A stretch of DNA of 64,000 nucleotides, taken from sequence record NC_023719.1. The stretch is one strand, 5' to 3'. Positions 28,218 to 36,932 of the stretch are shown piece after piece. Under the pieces are notes generated by a model. The model saw only the letters and a program-made list of their open reading frames with translations, was not told the origin of the DNA and did no database searches. A program made the translations under genes and the position numbers. Each line of letters starts with the position of its first letter. Position 1 is the stretch's first letter.

Positions 28218-28733
28218 ATGAAGAGATTAATTAAGAAAGCTTCGGTCTATGATGTTCCTGAGGAATTTTTATTTTATTGGTGTTCAAGTCCAAGTGATAT
28301 AAAATATAATTATCCAGAATCTATAGAAAAGATAGCTAATGAAAATACAGATTGTATTTTTAGTGGTGATGCTTATAGATATATTGAGTTACCTAATTTC
28401 GAGTATCAAGATAAAGAAATAGATCAATTACTTAAAGAAGCATGGGATGAAGTACAAACAGTCGAGAAGTATAGTTCATTCGCTTCATCAAAAAGAGGCG
28501 TAGAGCATTTTATTACAACTGATTATAGAAGTTTTGGAATTATTATTGAAGCGAATGTTAGCGGGATTGATATAAAGAAACTAACAAATAAGTATCGCGA
28601 TACTGTAGATGAACAAGTTTTCGAATACGCTGATACAGAAGATGAAATAGTGACTTTGGATGTTGTTGATTCTTGGGATATAGCTGCAATAGTTATTGAA
28701 GAAGAGGTAGAGTGGATTCAGAGTGATATTTAA
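28218..28733 (+). CDS. Putative R-S-E-class ADP-ribosyltransferase-like protein with MKRLIKKAS tag
   Basis: AYR (Arg), YSSFASS (S-x-S), GIIIEA strand and EDEIV (E-x-E) in the expected order. Confidence 0.55.
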   Translation: MKRLIKKASVYDVPEEFLFYWCSSPSDIKYNYPESIEKIANENTDCIFSGDAYRYIELPNFEYQDKEIDQLLKEAWDEVQTVEKYSSFASSKRGVEHFITTDYRSFGIIIEANVSGIDIKKLTNKYRDTVDEQVFEYADTEDEIVTLDVVDSWDIAAIVIEEEVEWIQSDI

Positions 28734-28762
28734 GAAGGTATGATAAAATACCTTCTTTTTTG
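28732..28762 (+). terminator. Rho-independent terminator
   Basis: AAGAAGGTAT-gataa-ATACCTTCTT plus T run. Confidence 0.8.
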
Positions 28763-28838
28763 TTGGAATCACTTTTTGTTAAATACAGTTGACTATTTAA
28801 TTAATATATAACAACATAATAAAGAAGGAGGACATCAT

Positions 28839-29879
28839 ATGATAGAAGAAGATGATTTGCTTGATGATTATGAGTTTCTTTCAAATAGAGAGAAAATTAC
28901 ACAGCGTCAATTTGAGTATTTGGTCCACTTAGTTGATTACTTTGATTTAGGTATGCATGAAAGAATGCTTGTATTTAATTATTTAATCGATAAACACAAG
29001 ATGATAGCTCACTTAACGAAAAATGAAGCAACAATTATTATTTCGCATTTAGAGGATTTAAAGAAAAAGCATAAATATAGTGCCTCATTCGCAAGAAAAG
29101 TTTTACTAGATGAGGTAGAAAAAAAGGTAGGAACAAAGAAAGTAGAAAAAACAAATGAAAGTGTTAGTGGAGTTAGAGAAACTGAAGAAACTAAAGTTGT
29201 TAATGAAAAGGAGAATTCTACAATGAAATTTAAAAACTTGTTCGGTGGAGAAATTGGTAAAGACAAATCTGGTATGTTTAAAATGTCTGCTTTAGGTTTA
29301 GCGGTAAAAAATGAAGAAGGTAATTACGTTTGTTATAATGGATCTAATATGGTAGATGTTTTAGACATGACGGTAGATATGGACAACATCGTGTATAAGA
29401 TTCCAGTGCAAAAAGTTGAAAAAGGTGATCTTATTATGTCTAATGGAAAGCCTGTATACGTTAAAAAGGTTAATGGTAATGAGTTAACAGTGTTTAATCC
29501 TTTTAACAATCGAAAAGAAAGTTACATTCCGCAAACAAATTTATTTGGATTTAACTTCTTCATTAAAGTTGTCAGCTTATTTGATCTTAGTAAACCAACC
29601 GATGGAAGCCAAGGTATGACATTCAATCCTATGTTCTTAGCTTTCGCTGACCGTGAAGAAGGCGATAAAAACGATATGTCTGAAATAATGATGATGAGCA
29701 TGATGATGCAAGGTGGAAATCAACAAAACAATCAATTTAACAATATGCTGCCATTTATGATGATGAGTAAGGGTGAAAATTCTAACTTAATGGAAATGAT
29801 GATGATGCAACAAATGATGGGTGGTCAAGGTTTTAACTTTAACCCATTCAATCAACCAGTTGATAACAACGAACAATAA
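28839..29879 (+). CDS. Hypothetical protein with Met/Gln/Asn-rich C-terminus; possible internal start at 29223
   Basis: RBS AGGAGG; internal AAGGAG 9 nt before in-frame ATG 29223 (MKFKNLF). Confidence 0.6.
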   Translation: MIEEDDLLDDYEFLSNREKITQRQFEYLVHLVDYFDLGMHERMLVFNYLIDKHKMIAHLTKNEATIIISHLEDLKKKHKYSASFARKVLLDEVEKKVGTKKVEKTNESVSGVRETEETKVVNEKENSTMKFKNLFGGEIGKDKSGMFKMSALGLAVKNEEGNYVCYNGSNMVDVLDMTVDMDNIVYKIPVQKVEKGDLIMSNGKPVYVKKVNGNELTVFNPFNNRKESYIPQTNLFGFNFFIKVVSLFDLSKPTDGSQGMTFNPMFLAFADREEGDKNDMSEIMMMSMMMQGGNQQNNQFNNMLPFMMMSKGENSNLMEMMMMQQMMGGQGFNFNPFNQPVDNNEQ

Positions 29880-29895
29880 TTTGATCATTGATTGT

Positions 29896-29925
29896 AGGCG
29901 CAGATAAAATCTGCGCCTTTATTTT
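29896..29925 (+). terminator. Rho-independent terminator
   Basis: AGGCGCAGAT-aaa-ATCTGCGCCT plus T-rich tail. Confidence 0.75.
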
Positions 29926-29985
29926 ATTAGAGAATAGAAGAGTAAAAAAAAGATGCTATAATGATTATTATTTAATAAATGAAAG

Positions 29986-30255
29986 GTGGTTTTTGGAATG
30001 AACAACGAACAACATAAAGATGTAGGTAAATACAATAAAGAAGTAAAAGGTAAAAAAGCTGTTTTAAAAGAAGAGGTTTTTTTCTACACAGGTTATCATC
30101 GTACTGAAAAAACTAAAAAGACTTTTAAAGCTGGTACAACTATTACTGCTGCGCATGAAGTTATTGGTACTGGTTTAACAACATTTGATTTTAAATGTAA
30201 TAAACAAGTTTTCCAACATGTCTTACGTAAAGATAAATTTGAATATATAGATTAA
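29986..30255 (+). CDS. Hypothetical protein
   Basis: ORF; true start may be ATG 29998. Confidence 0.5.
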   Translation: MVFGMNNEQHKDVGKYNKEVKGKKAVLKEEVFFYTGYHRTEKTKKTFKAGTTITAAHEVIGTGLTTFDFKCNKQVFQHVLRKDKFEYID

Positions 30256-30274
30256 GATGTTGGAGGTTTAACTC

Positions 30275-30634
30275 TTGGAAAAAATTAATGAGGAAATAGA
30301 TTCTTTTTTAGTATTACTAATTTTAAGCGAGGAAGAAGAAAAGGAATTTTCAAAATATTACAAATACCACAATGATGTAAACAGTTACTTGTATTTTTAT
30401 TATGATTCACATGCTTTTTTAACTATTAAAAAATCAGTAGGGTTCTTCTTAAAAGAAAATAAATATATCATTGAGTTTAAACCAACTCTGAATTTACATT
30501 TTGATGTTAATATAGGAAAATCACTAAAGTCTTTAGGTTTTGATCATTTGATAACTATGGAAAGAGGAATCATTTTCAACACTCCCGAAGAATGTGTAGA
30601 TTTTTTAAAGGAATTCCTTGAAAAAATGATATAA
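30275..30634 (+). CDS. Hypothetical protein
   Basis: TTG start after GGAGG. Confidence 0.5.
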   Translation: MEKINEEIDSFLVLLILSEEEEKEFSKYYKYHNDVNSYLYFYYDSHAFLTIKKSVGFFLKENKYIIEFKPTLNLHFDVNIGKSLKSLGFDHLITMERGIIFNTPEECVDFLKEFLEKMI

Positions 30635-30651
30635 GAGAGGGGAAACGAATT

Positions 30652-31110
30652 ATGCCACATATGAAGTTTTTTCAACAAGTAGCAGATATACAAAATCATC
30701 TTGAAAAAGTAATTGATGCCTTTCATGAAGAGAAATTTTTCTTATTAGAAAGTTGGGGTATTGATAAATCTGAGAGAATAGCTAATATTCTAGAAGAAAT
30801 AGAGGTTTGCAGATATATTATAGGTTGCCGATTAAGTATAGTAAGAAAGAATAATGTTAAAAAGCCTTCTTATGAAGCTGTTTCACGTTGTTTTAATCGC
30901 CATTTATATTTCTTAGAAAAAATCCATAGAGTCAAGCCAAATTCAAGATATCCTTCTTCTGATTATAGATATCATGTAACTAAAGAAGCAAAAGCATGTA
31001 AACATTATTTATTTAAATTCAGTTTACCAGCTTGGGTTGATAAGTTGCCTGAAGAAATATTAACTTATGAAAACAAATACCCTAATCATAAAGAAAGATG
31101 GGGAAGTTAG
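30652..31110 (+). CDS. Hypothetical protein
   Basis: RBS GAGGGG; long ORF. Confidence 0.55.
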   Translation: MPHMKFFQQVADIQNHLEKVIDAFHEEKFFLLESWGIDKSERIANILEEIEVCRYIIGCRLSIVRKNNVKKPSYEAVSRCFNRHLYFLEKIHRVKPNSRYPSSDYRYHVTKEAKACKHYLFKFSLPAWVDKLPEEILTYENKYPNHKERWGS

Positions 31111-31764
31111 ATGTTAGAGAATAAAAATGAGGAAGAATTAATAGCAATAAAAGATAAATACTTAGATGAAGTACGAGATTTACAAAGATTAATAGATGAA
31201 AAGAGAAAATCAATAAGAGAAATTGATGAACAATTACAAAGAAAACACGTTTGGTATGTCTATGATGTAGTTAGCACTATGTTAGAGCAATTAGAATTAA
31301 ACAAGAATAGAATTTCTGATAATTCTTATTGGCTTTTACAAAGAGAAATAAAATCATTGTTATTAACTAATGCTACTGATAGTAAATTTTATAAACGTGG
31401 GAAAATAGTTAAGAATATTTATTTTAATTTCAAAAGCTTAATTGTAATGAAATTGTCAGAATATGATTTAATTACTAAAAGATTTACCTATAGTCCTGTT
31501 TATAGATTTCAATTTAGTTTTGATGAGTTAAATAATAAAATTGATAGAAAATTCACATCTAATATTTTTTCAAAGCATTCAAAAAGGTTTTGTGATTTCG
31601 TTGTACCAATTGAGAATTTATCAGGTATGAATAAAGAAGTAATTAAATTAACAAAATCAAAGTATGATGATTATAAAGATATTATGAATGATATAATATT
31701 GGTTACGCAATATATTGAGAATGAAATGGAAGCTAGATTTTTAGCTTGCAAATTGAATCAATAA
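31111..31764 (+). CDS. Hypothetical protein with N-terminal coiled coil
   Basis: ORF abutting the previous stop. Confidence 0.5.
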   Translation: MLENKNEEELIAIKDKYLDEVRDLQRLIDEKRKSIREIDEQLQRKHVWYVYDVVSTMLEQLELNKNRISDNSYWLLQREIKSLLLTNATDSKFYKRGKIVKNIYFNFKSLIVMKLSEYDLITKRFTYSPVYRFQFSFDELNNKIDRKFTSNIFSKHSKRFCDFVVPIENLSGMNKEVIKLTKSKYDDYKDIMNDIILVTQYIENEMEARFLACKLNQ

Positions 31765-31776
31765 AAGGGTGATTAA

Positions 31777-32298
31777 ATGGCTAGAAAAAACATTAAAGTA
31801 GATTTTGGTTATCAGGAAGACAATACATTTAAGGGATCTGTTTTTATAGTTGATAAGTTTGAAGATTCTATCAATTGTCATTTAGAAAGAATTATTAAAA
31901 CATTAGATGAAAGAGATTTTGAAAAAGTTGTCTTATACCCTTTACATGAAAATACATTAAAAAGAATGAATATAGATGTAAGTAAAAAATATTTTTCAAG
32001 GTTAGATGACTTGGAAAATTTAGTTAGTAATGTTAAAACATATATTCCAGTTAGTATAGATAAATTAGATGGAAAAAGAAAGAAATACACTCCATTGGAT
32101 TTTATTTTAAATCACTTAACTGAAAAACATAAAAAACCATATTTTGTTTGTCTATCAAAAGATATTGCTAATAAATTTGCAAGTTATTCTTCGTTCGATA
32201 CTTGGATTAAAGAAGTTAGATTAATAATAGCTGAAGATGTTACATTAGCTTTACACAAAAATTTAGAGAAAAATTCAAAAAGAATTGAATTTATTTGA
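31777..32298 (+). CDS. Hypothetical protein, possibly a degenerate nucleotidyltransferase (Rossmann-like) fold
   Basis: VVLYPLHE..LKRM, GKRKKYTP, FASY..F..WIK pattern; looks host-like. Confidence 0.4.
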   Translation: MARKNIKVDFGYQEDNTFKGSVFIVDKFEDSINCHLERIIKTLDERDFEKVVLYPLHENTLKRMNIDVSKKYFSRLDDLENLVSNVKTYIPVSIDKLDGKRKKYTPLDFILNHLTEKHKKPYFVCLSKDIANKFASYSSFDTWIKEVRLIIAEDVTLALHKNLEKNSKRIEFI

Positions 32299-32400
32299 AA
32301 TGGGAATATTTATATTTATTCCCATTCTTTTTTATTTTATTTAAATTTAGTTCACTATATAATAATAATATTAACTATAGGAGTTGAAAGGAGAATTAAA

Positions 32401-32793
32401 GTGGAATGGTTGAATGAACCGGATTTTCTGGAATGGGATTTTCATAATATGCATTGTTTGATAATAAGAAATGATCTTGGAGTTCTTTGTGGATATGTAG
32501 GTATAAGCAAAGAACACGAATTGTATCAAACTAATTATTGTAAGTTTAAAGTTCACGGAGGTATTTCTTTTACTGGTAATGATGTGGCGGGAATGAAAGG
32601 AGATTTATTTTATTTTGGATTTGATTGTGCTCGCGCCAGAGATTTAATTCCAAAATTTGAAACATTTAATATTAATTTTATTGATGATGGAGGGTTTAAA
32701 ACTTATAGAAATATAGAATACGTAAAAGAACATGTAAAAAATCTTGCATATCAATTGCATTATAGAACTTATATTATTGACGAGTTGTTGTAG
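32401..32793 (+). CDS. Conserved phage hypothetical protein (CGYVG/VHGG/GFDC family)
   Basis: LCGYVGI, VHGGISF, GFDCA motifs. Confidence 0.65.
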   Translation: MEWLNEPDFLEWDFHNMHCLIIRNDLGVLCGYVGISKEHELYQTNYCKFKVHGGISFTGNDVAGMKGDLFYFGFDCARARDLIPKFETFNINFIDDGGFKTYRNIEYVKEHVKNLAYQLHYRTYIIDELL

Positions 32794-32803
32794 GGGGTAT
32801 TTT

Positions 32804-33106
32804 ATGTCATCATTCGAACATATTACTATTTGTCCAATATGTCAATCTGAATTAAGCAAACAAATATGGACTGGTGAAGGATGGTTAGAAGAACTATATT
32901 TAAGGTGTGAGAATAAATGTTTTTATTACAGCTTCTCATATGGAGATACTAGAATTAGTGTTTTTGATAAAGAGGTAGAGTATAGTTATAATGAAAAAGA
33001 TAAGAGTGGTAAAGAAAAAATAGTTGAAAAAATGATTAAATATTGGAAAGAAAATGATAGATATTTAGCTAAGTTGATAAAGGGGATTAGTGATGAAGAA
33101 AGTTGA
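32804..33106 (+). CDS. CPIC...YWKENDRYL family protein, copy 5
   Basis: CPICQ..CENKC..VFDK..YWKENDRYL; start moved to ATG 32804 (RBS AGGGGG). Confidence 0.65.
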   Translation: MSSFEHITICPICQSELSKQIWTGEGWLEELYLRCENKCFYYSFSYGDTRISVFDKEVEYSYNEKDKSGKEKIVEKMIKYWKENDRYLAKLIKGISDEES

Positions 33107-33290
33107 AGAATATACAGAAATAATGTGGGAAGTAGTATTTTTAGATTCAAAGGGTAAACTAATTGACCTTTGGGGAAACACTGAAAATGAAGATGAAATA
33201 GAACTTTTAAAAGAAAGAGCTATGAAAAAGGGGTATGATTGTATGGAAGTTAGTAAAATAACAAAAGAAGCAAAGAGATATAAATTATAA
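33090..33290 (+). CDS. Hypothetical protein
   Basis: RBS AAGGGG. Confidence 0.5.
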   Translation: MMKKVEEYTEIMWEVVFLDSKGKLIDLWGNTENEDEIELLKERAMKKGYDCMEVSKITKEAKRYKL

Positions 33291-33341
33291 TTTTAAACGT
33301 ATATCTAACTGCCAGACAAAAAAGAAAGAAGGTAGATAGAT

Positions 33342-33755
33342 ATGATGAATTTCATAAAGAAATCACTTGGATTATTAAATGCCGCCGAGGGATTTATTCA
33401 TATTTTTATTGCATGTATCGGGTTTTGGGGAATTTTCGCTACAGGCATTTATGATTGGAGAATTATTTCAGCGCCAGCTATTAATTTAGTTCTTGGAGTG
33501 TTTTCAATTTTTACAGGATACATTTTATTATACGATAAGGTTGGCATACTGAAAAAGATATTAGCAATTTTAAACACTCTTGAGGGTATTATCCATATAG
33601 TTGTAGCTCTTATTGGTTATTGGGGAATTTTTGCATATATGGTATTTGATTGGAGAATTTGGGCTACGCCAACAGAGCACTTATTTTTTGGGTTATTCTC
33701 AATTTTAACGGGATATATACTTGGTAAAAATCACCATCACCATCATCACCATTAA
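33342..33755 (+). CDS. Internally duplicated multi-TM membrane protein with C-terminal His7
   Basis: Two ~65-aa repeats (EG.IH..G.WG..DWR); ends NHHHHHHH. Confidence 0.7.
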   Translation: MMNFIKKSLGLLNAAEGFIHIFIACIGFWGIFATGIYDWRIISAPAINLVLGVFSIFTGYILLYDKVGILKKILAILNTLEGIIHIVVALIGYWGIFAYMVFDWRIWATPTEHLFFGLFSILTGYILGKNHHHHHHH

Positions 33756-33763
33756 ATCAAATA

Positions 33764-33802
33764 GAAGGTAGAAAAGGTAAAATATCTTTTTCTACCTTTT
33801 TT
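33764..33802 (+). terminator. Rho-independent terminator
   Basis: AAGGTAGAAAAG...CTTTTTCTACCTT plus T run. Confidence 0.7.
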
Positions 33803-33893
33803 TAATTTCTGTTTAAACTATCATCATTAAATAATTAATATATAGTATATGACATTAAAGAATCGAAACAATAAATATGGGGAGAGTGAAATT

Positions 33894-34085
33894 ATGGCAA
33901 GAAAAATTAAAATCATTCGTAGAGCCGACATTGAGAAAGAGTATGAAAGAATGTTGAAATTAGAGTTGGATTATGAATTAGCTTCTTTGTTTTCCGCAAT
34001 GAATGAAAAAAATGAAGTTGACATTGAAAAAAGCAAAAAACGTCTAACTGAAATACAAATGGATTTAGAAAGTTTAAAAGTTTAG
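33894..34085 (+). CDS. Small helical protein, host-like
   Basis: Start moved to ATG 33894 (RBS GGGGAG); LELDYELASLF helix pattern. Confidence 0.5.
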   Translation: MARKIKIIRRADIEKEYERMLKLELDYELASLFSAMNEKNEVDIEKSKKRLTEIQMDLESLKV

Positions 34086-34096
34086 AAGGTGAAAAT

Positions 34097-34516
34097 ATGT
34101 GGGTAGATCCAAAAAGTTTAGAAGAAAATAAAGTGTTGATTAGCACTCTATTATCTGAACTTGATAAAGGCAATAATAAGAGAGCTAAGAAACTCGTAGA
34201 TCATTTACTTGAAAAGAATTGGACAGTTAATATTAATTACATTGAACAAGAAAAAAAGAAAAGAAAAATCAAAAACTTAGATGTTGATTTTGAAGCTATA
34301 CTCTTAGGTAAATTCAAGGGTGACTATCATTTAACTACAAAGTGTAAGAAATACGTAGTAAGAATAACTAGTCAGAGGGCTGTCTTTTGGAAAATGGAAA
34401 AGTGGGTTAAATTAGGGGAATTTTTATTTGAAGATATTGAATTAACAGAAAAAGGCATTAAAGTTGGAATTGTAAAGATAGAGGTAGATGACAATGAACA
34501 AGAAACGGGAAGTTGA
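34097..34516 (+). CDS. Hypothetical protein
   Basis: RBS AAGGTG. Confidence 0.5.
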   Translation: MWVDPKSLEENKVLISTLLSELDKGNNKRAKKLVDHLLEKNWTVNINYIEQEKKKRKIKNLDVDFEAILLGKFKGDYHLTTKCKKYVVRITSQRAVFWKMEKWVKLGEFLFEDIELTEKGIKVGIVKIEVDDNEQETGS

Positions 34517-34826
34517 ATTGATATTAGAAAAGAAAAATCCTAATTTCTTCGAAATCTATTTTTTTGCTAAAAAGTTTAAATTGCCGCAAAAGAAATATGA
34601 TACTTATCCCCATATTCATATGAATAATAAGACAAATGATGTTATGGTTGATTTTAATATACTTCTTACAGTTTCTTATAGAGAGAGTTCAAATATATAC
34701 CGCATTTTTGGTGGAACATTTAGTCTTGCATATCCAAGTGAAGTATCTAGAGAAGAACTTGATTTTTGGTTACCTAGACTAGTTATTGAAAGTGAAAAAT
34801 TTATTTTAAAAAATAATCTTAGTTAG
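34494..34826 (+). CDS. Hypothetical protein
   Basis: RBS GAGGT; start moved to ATG 34494. Confidence 0.5.
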   Translation: MNKKREVELILEKKNPNFFEIYFFAKKFKLPQKKYDTYPHIHMNNKTNDVMVDFNILLTVSYRESSNIYRIFGGTFSLAYPSEVSREELDFWLPRLVIESEKFILKNNLS

Positions 34827-34834
34827 GAGAAAGT

Positions 34835-35068
34835 ATGATGTCTTTAATAACAGAAATCAATATTAAAGTAACTGGTGACTATTTACGAGGGACAATTAAA
34901 AATGATAAGTATTTAACTAATAATCTTATCTTACCACCAAGTATGGAAAGAAATAAACCGGAATTTGGATTAAATGTTATGCAAATAAGAAACATTATTA
35001 AAGAGTTAGAAGAATTAGCAGATTTAATGGATAGTTCAAATATAGCAAATACGTTAAAAAATAATTAA
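34835..35068 (+). CDS. Hypothetical protein
   Basis: RBS AGGAG. Confidence 0.5.
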   Translation: MMSLITEINIKVTGDYLRGTIKNDKYLTNNLILPPSMERNKPEFGLNVMQIRNIIKELEELADLMDSSNIANTLKNN

Positions 35069-35077
35069 ATTATTTTA

Positions 35078-35108
35078 AAAGGGACAATAAAAATTGTCTC
35101 TTTTTTTA
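35078..35108 (+). terminator. Rho-independent terminator
   Basis: AAAAGGGACAAT-aaaa-ATTGTCTCTTTT plus T run. Confidence 0.8.
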
Positions 35109-35180
35109 TTTTTTGTAATAAATCTCGTTAATTAAGTCTATTCTTTTATATAGTGGAACCAAATAGGAGGATTTATAGAT

Positions 35181-36314
35181 ATGAAACGTTTAGTAAAAGC
35201 TGAACAACAGAGTAGTACTATCAAATTAATGCATGGTACATCTAGTAAATTAGCTGAATCTATTTTTGAAAACGGTCTTTTACCGCAAGGATTGACTGAT
35301 ACAAAAATGTTTAATTATAGTGATTATGGTAGAGAAGGCGACGCAAGACATATTGAATGCGTATATTTAACTGATGATTTAGAAAATGCTGTTAGATACG
35401 CTAACAATGCTGTTAAACATAAGGGAGGATTTCCTTTAATTTTCGAAGTGGAAGTTGAGAAATCTGCTTTAACATGGGATGACGATGCTTTTTATAAAAA
35501 CTATGGCGATTTTGATTTTGGAGAAAAAGATGAAGAGTCTGGTACTTGGATCAAAAAACCATCTAAGCAATTGTGGGAACAATCATTAACTATCAATAAT
35601 CAATGTGCTCATTATGGCAAAATTGAAAGAGACAGTTTTAAAAGAATTAACTTAAATTCAAAATGGATCAATATTTATAATTTTATTAGAATTTACAATA
35701 GCTACGATAAGATGAATTTAAAACCAGAGTTGTTAAAAGAAAAAGAAGAATATTACTACAAAGAATTTAGTTTAGAAATAGACGATAATTTAAAATTAAT
35801 GGCTTCGATTATTGACAGAAATATATTTTTGTACAATTTAGAAATCGTAAAATCGCTTGATAAATTCGAAAAACAAGCTTTTTCATTGATCTTAATGGAA
35901 TTTTTAAAGGACAATTTGAAAGAATTTGGAGCTAAAATTTTCTATACTTCAGATTTTAAATCATTAAATTTCAATCCAAAAATTTCTAGTTTAAACTACG
36001 CTTTTGGTAGATTTGAAATAAATAGTTTAGAAAGCATACTTGATCACGTACAATTACGAATTCAACGTATGGATGAAGACTCTATAATGATGTCGAAGAT
36101 AGTTAATTGCGAAGCTTCTGAAGAAGAATTTGACTTAATTTATGAGTATAGCATTGATTTCTCTGGAGATTTAATCGAATTCTGCGAAAAATCTTTACAA
36201 ATGGATAATGATTCTATTCTTGATGTTTTAAAAAGAGTTAAACATCAGTATAACGATGCGTATAACGAGTTAGATGCTGAAATCGAATACTTATTGTATA
36301 GAGATCATAAATGA
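35181..36314 (+). CDS. H-Y-class ADP-ribosyltransferase-like domain protein with MKRLVKA tag
   Basis: LMHGTS...I...GL.P; VYLTDD...A..YA; LIFEVEV; RBS AGGAGG. Confidence 0.65.
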   Translation: MKRLVKAEQQSSTIKLMHGTSSKLAESIFENGLLPQGLTDTKMFNYSDYGREGDARHIECVYLTDDLENAVRYANNAVKHKGGFPLIFEVEVEKSALTWDDDAFYKNYGDFDFGEKDEESGTWIKKPSKQLWEQSLTINNQCAHYGKIERDSFKRINLNSKWINIYNFIRIYNSYDKMNLKPELLKEKEEYYYKEFSLEIDDNLKLMASIIDRNIFLYNLEIVKSLDKFEKQAFSLILMEFLKDNLKEFGAKIFYTSDFKSLNFNPKISSLNYAFGRFEINSLESILDHVQLRIQRMDEDSIMMSKIVNCEASEEEFDLIYEYSIDFSGDLIEFCEKSLQMDNDSILDVLKRVKHQYNDAYNELDAEIEYLLYRDHK

Positions 36315-36932
36315 TTTGAAAATCTTAAATGGTTGATTTCTCCCAGTTTCTTTATTAGTTTGACATGCTATTAGATTATTATTTAAGTAAGCTAATAAAA
36401 TGCTCTATGAAATAAATGGTGAGAAGGATAAATTATTGAAAACCTCTAGAAAGTCATCTAGAAATTTAGATTTTTAAAATGAAATAGTTTGGAAATGATT
36501 TGATTAATGAAATTGAAATGTTAACTCTGTATTCACTAATTTCAGTCCATGATTCACAGAGTGCAGCTATAAATATAATTAATATTATTTATATTAGATT
36601 AATAAAAATAAGATATATAAAAATAAAAAGATATAAGAGATATGTTAGTGCTGCGCACACATTCTCTTCTTTTTATTTATTTTTAAAACATACTGATTTT
36701 TAATGAGTTATCAGTACTGAAAACCGTATCTAGAGATTATTTATTAGTGACATAATTTTAATTAGATACGCTTTTCTTTATATTTTTATGTTTATTAATG
36801 TATCATTAAAAAAACAACCTCAGATTGAAGATTTATGTATTTAAAAAGTAGTCAAGAAGATTGTTGTTTATCTACTTTTTTGTTAATGAATTTACGTATT
36901 CCCATTAAAATATAAAATGGGAGGTTGGTTAA

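Noticed and set aside
26459-33068. CRISPR array from the 28-bp repeats
   Set aside because: The repeats are in-frame coding sequence hundreds to thousands of bp apart; no regular spacers and no cas genes.
36500-36703. 67-aa ORF in the non-coding island
   Set aside because: No RBS; it runs through a near-pure AT tract with low-complexity translation.
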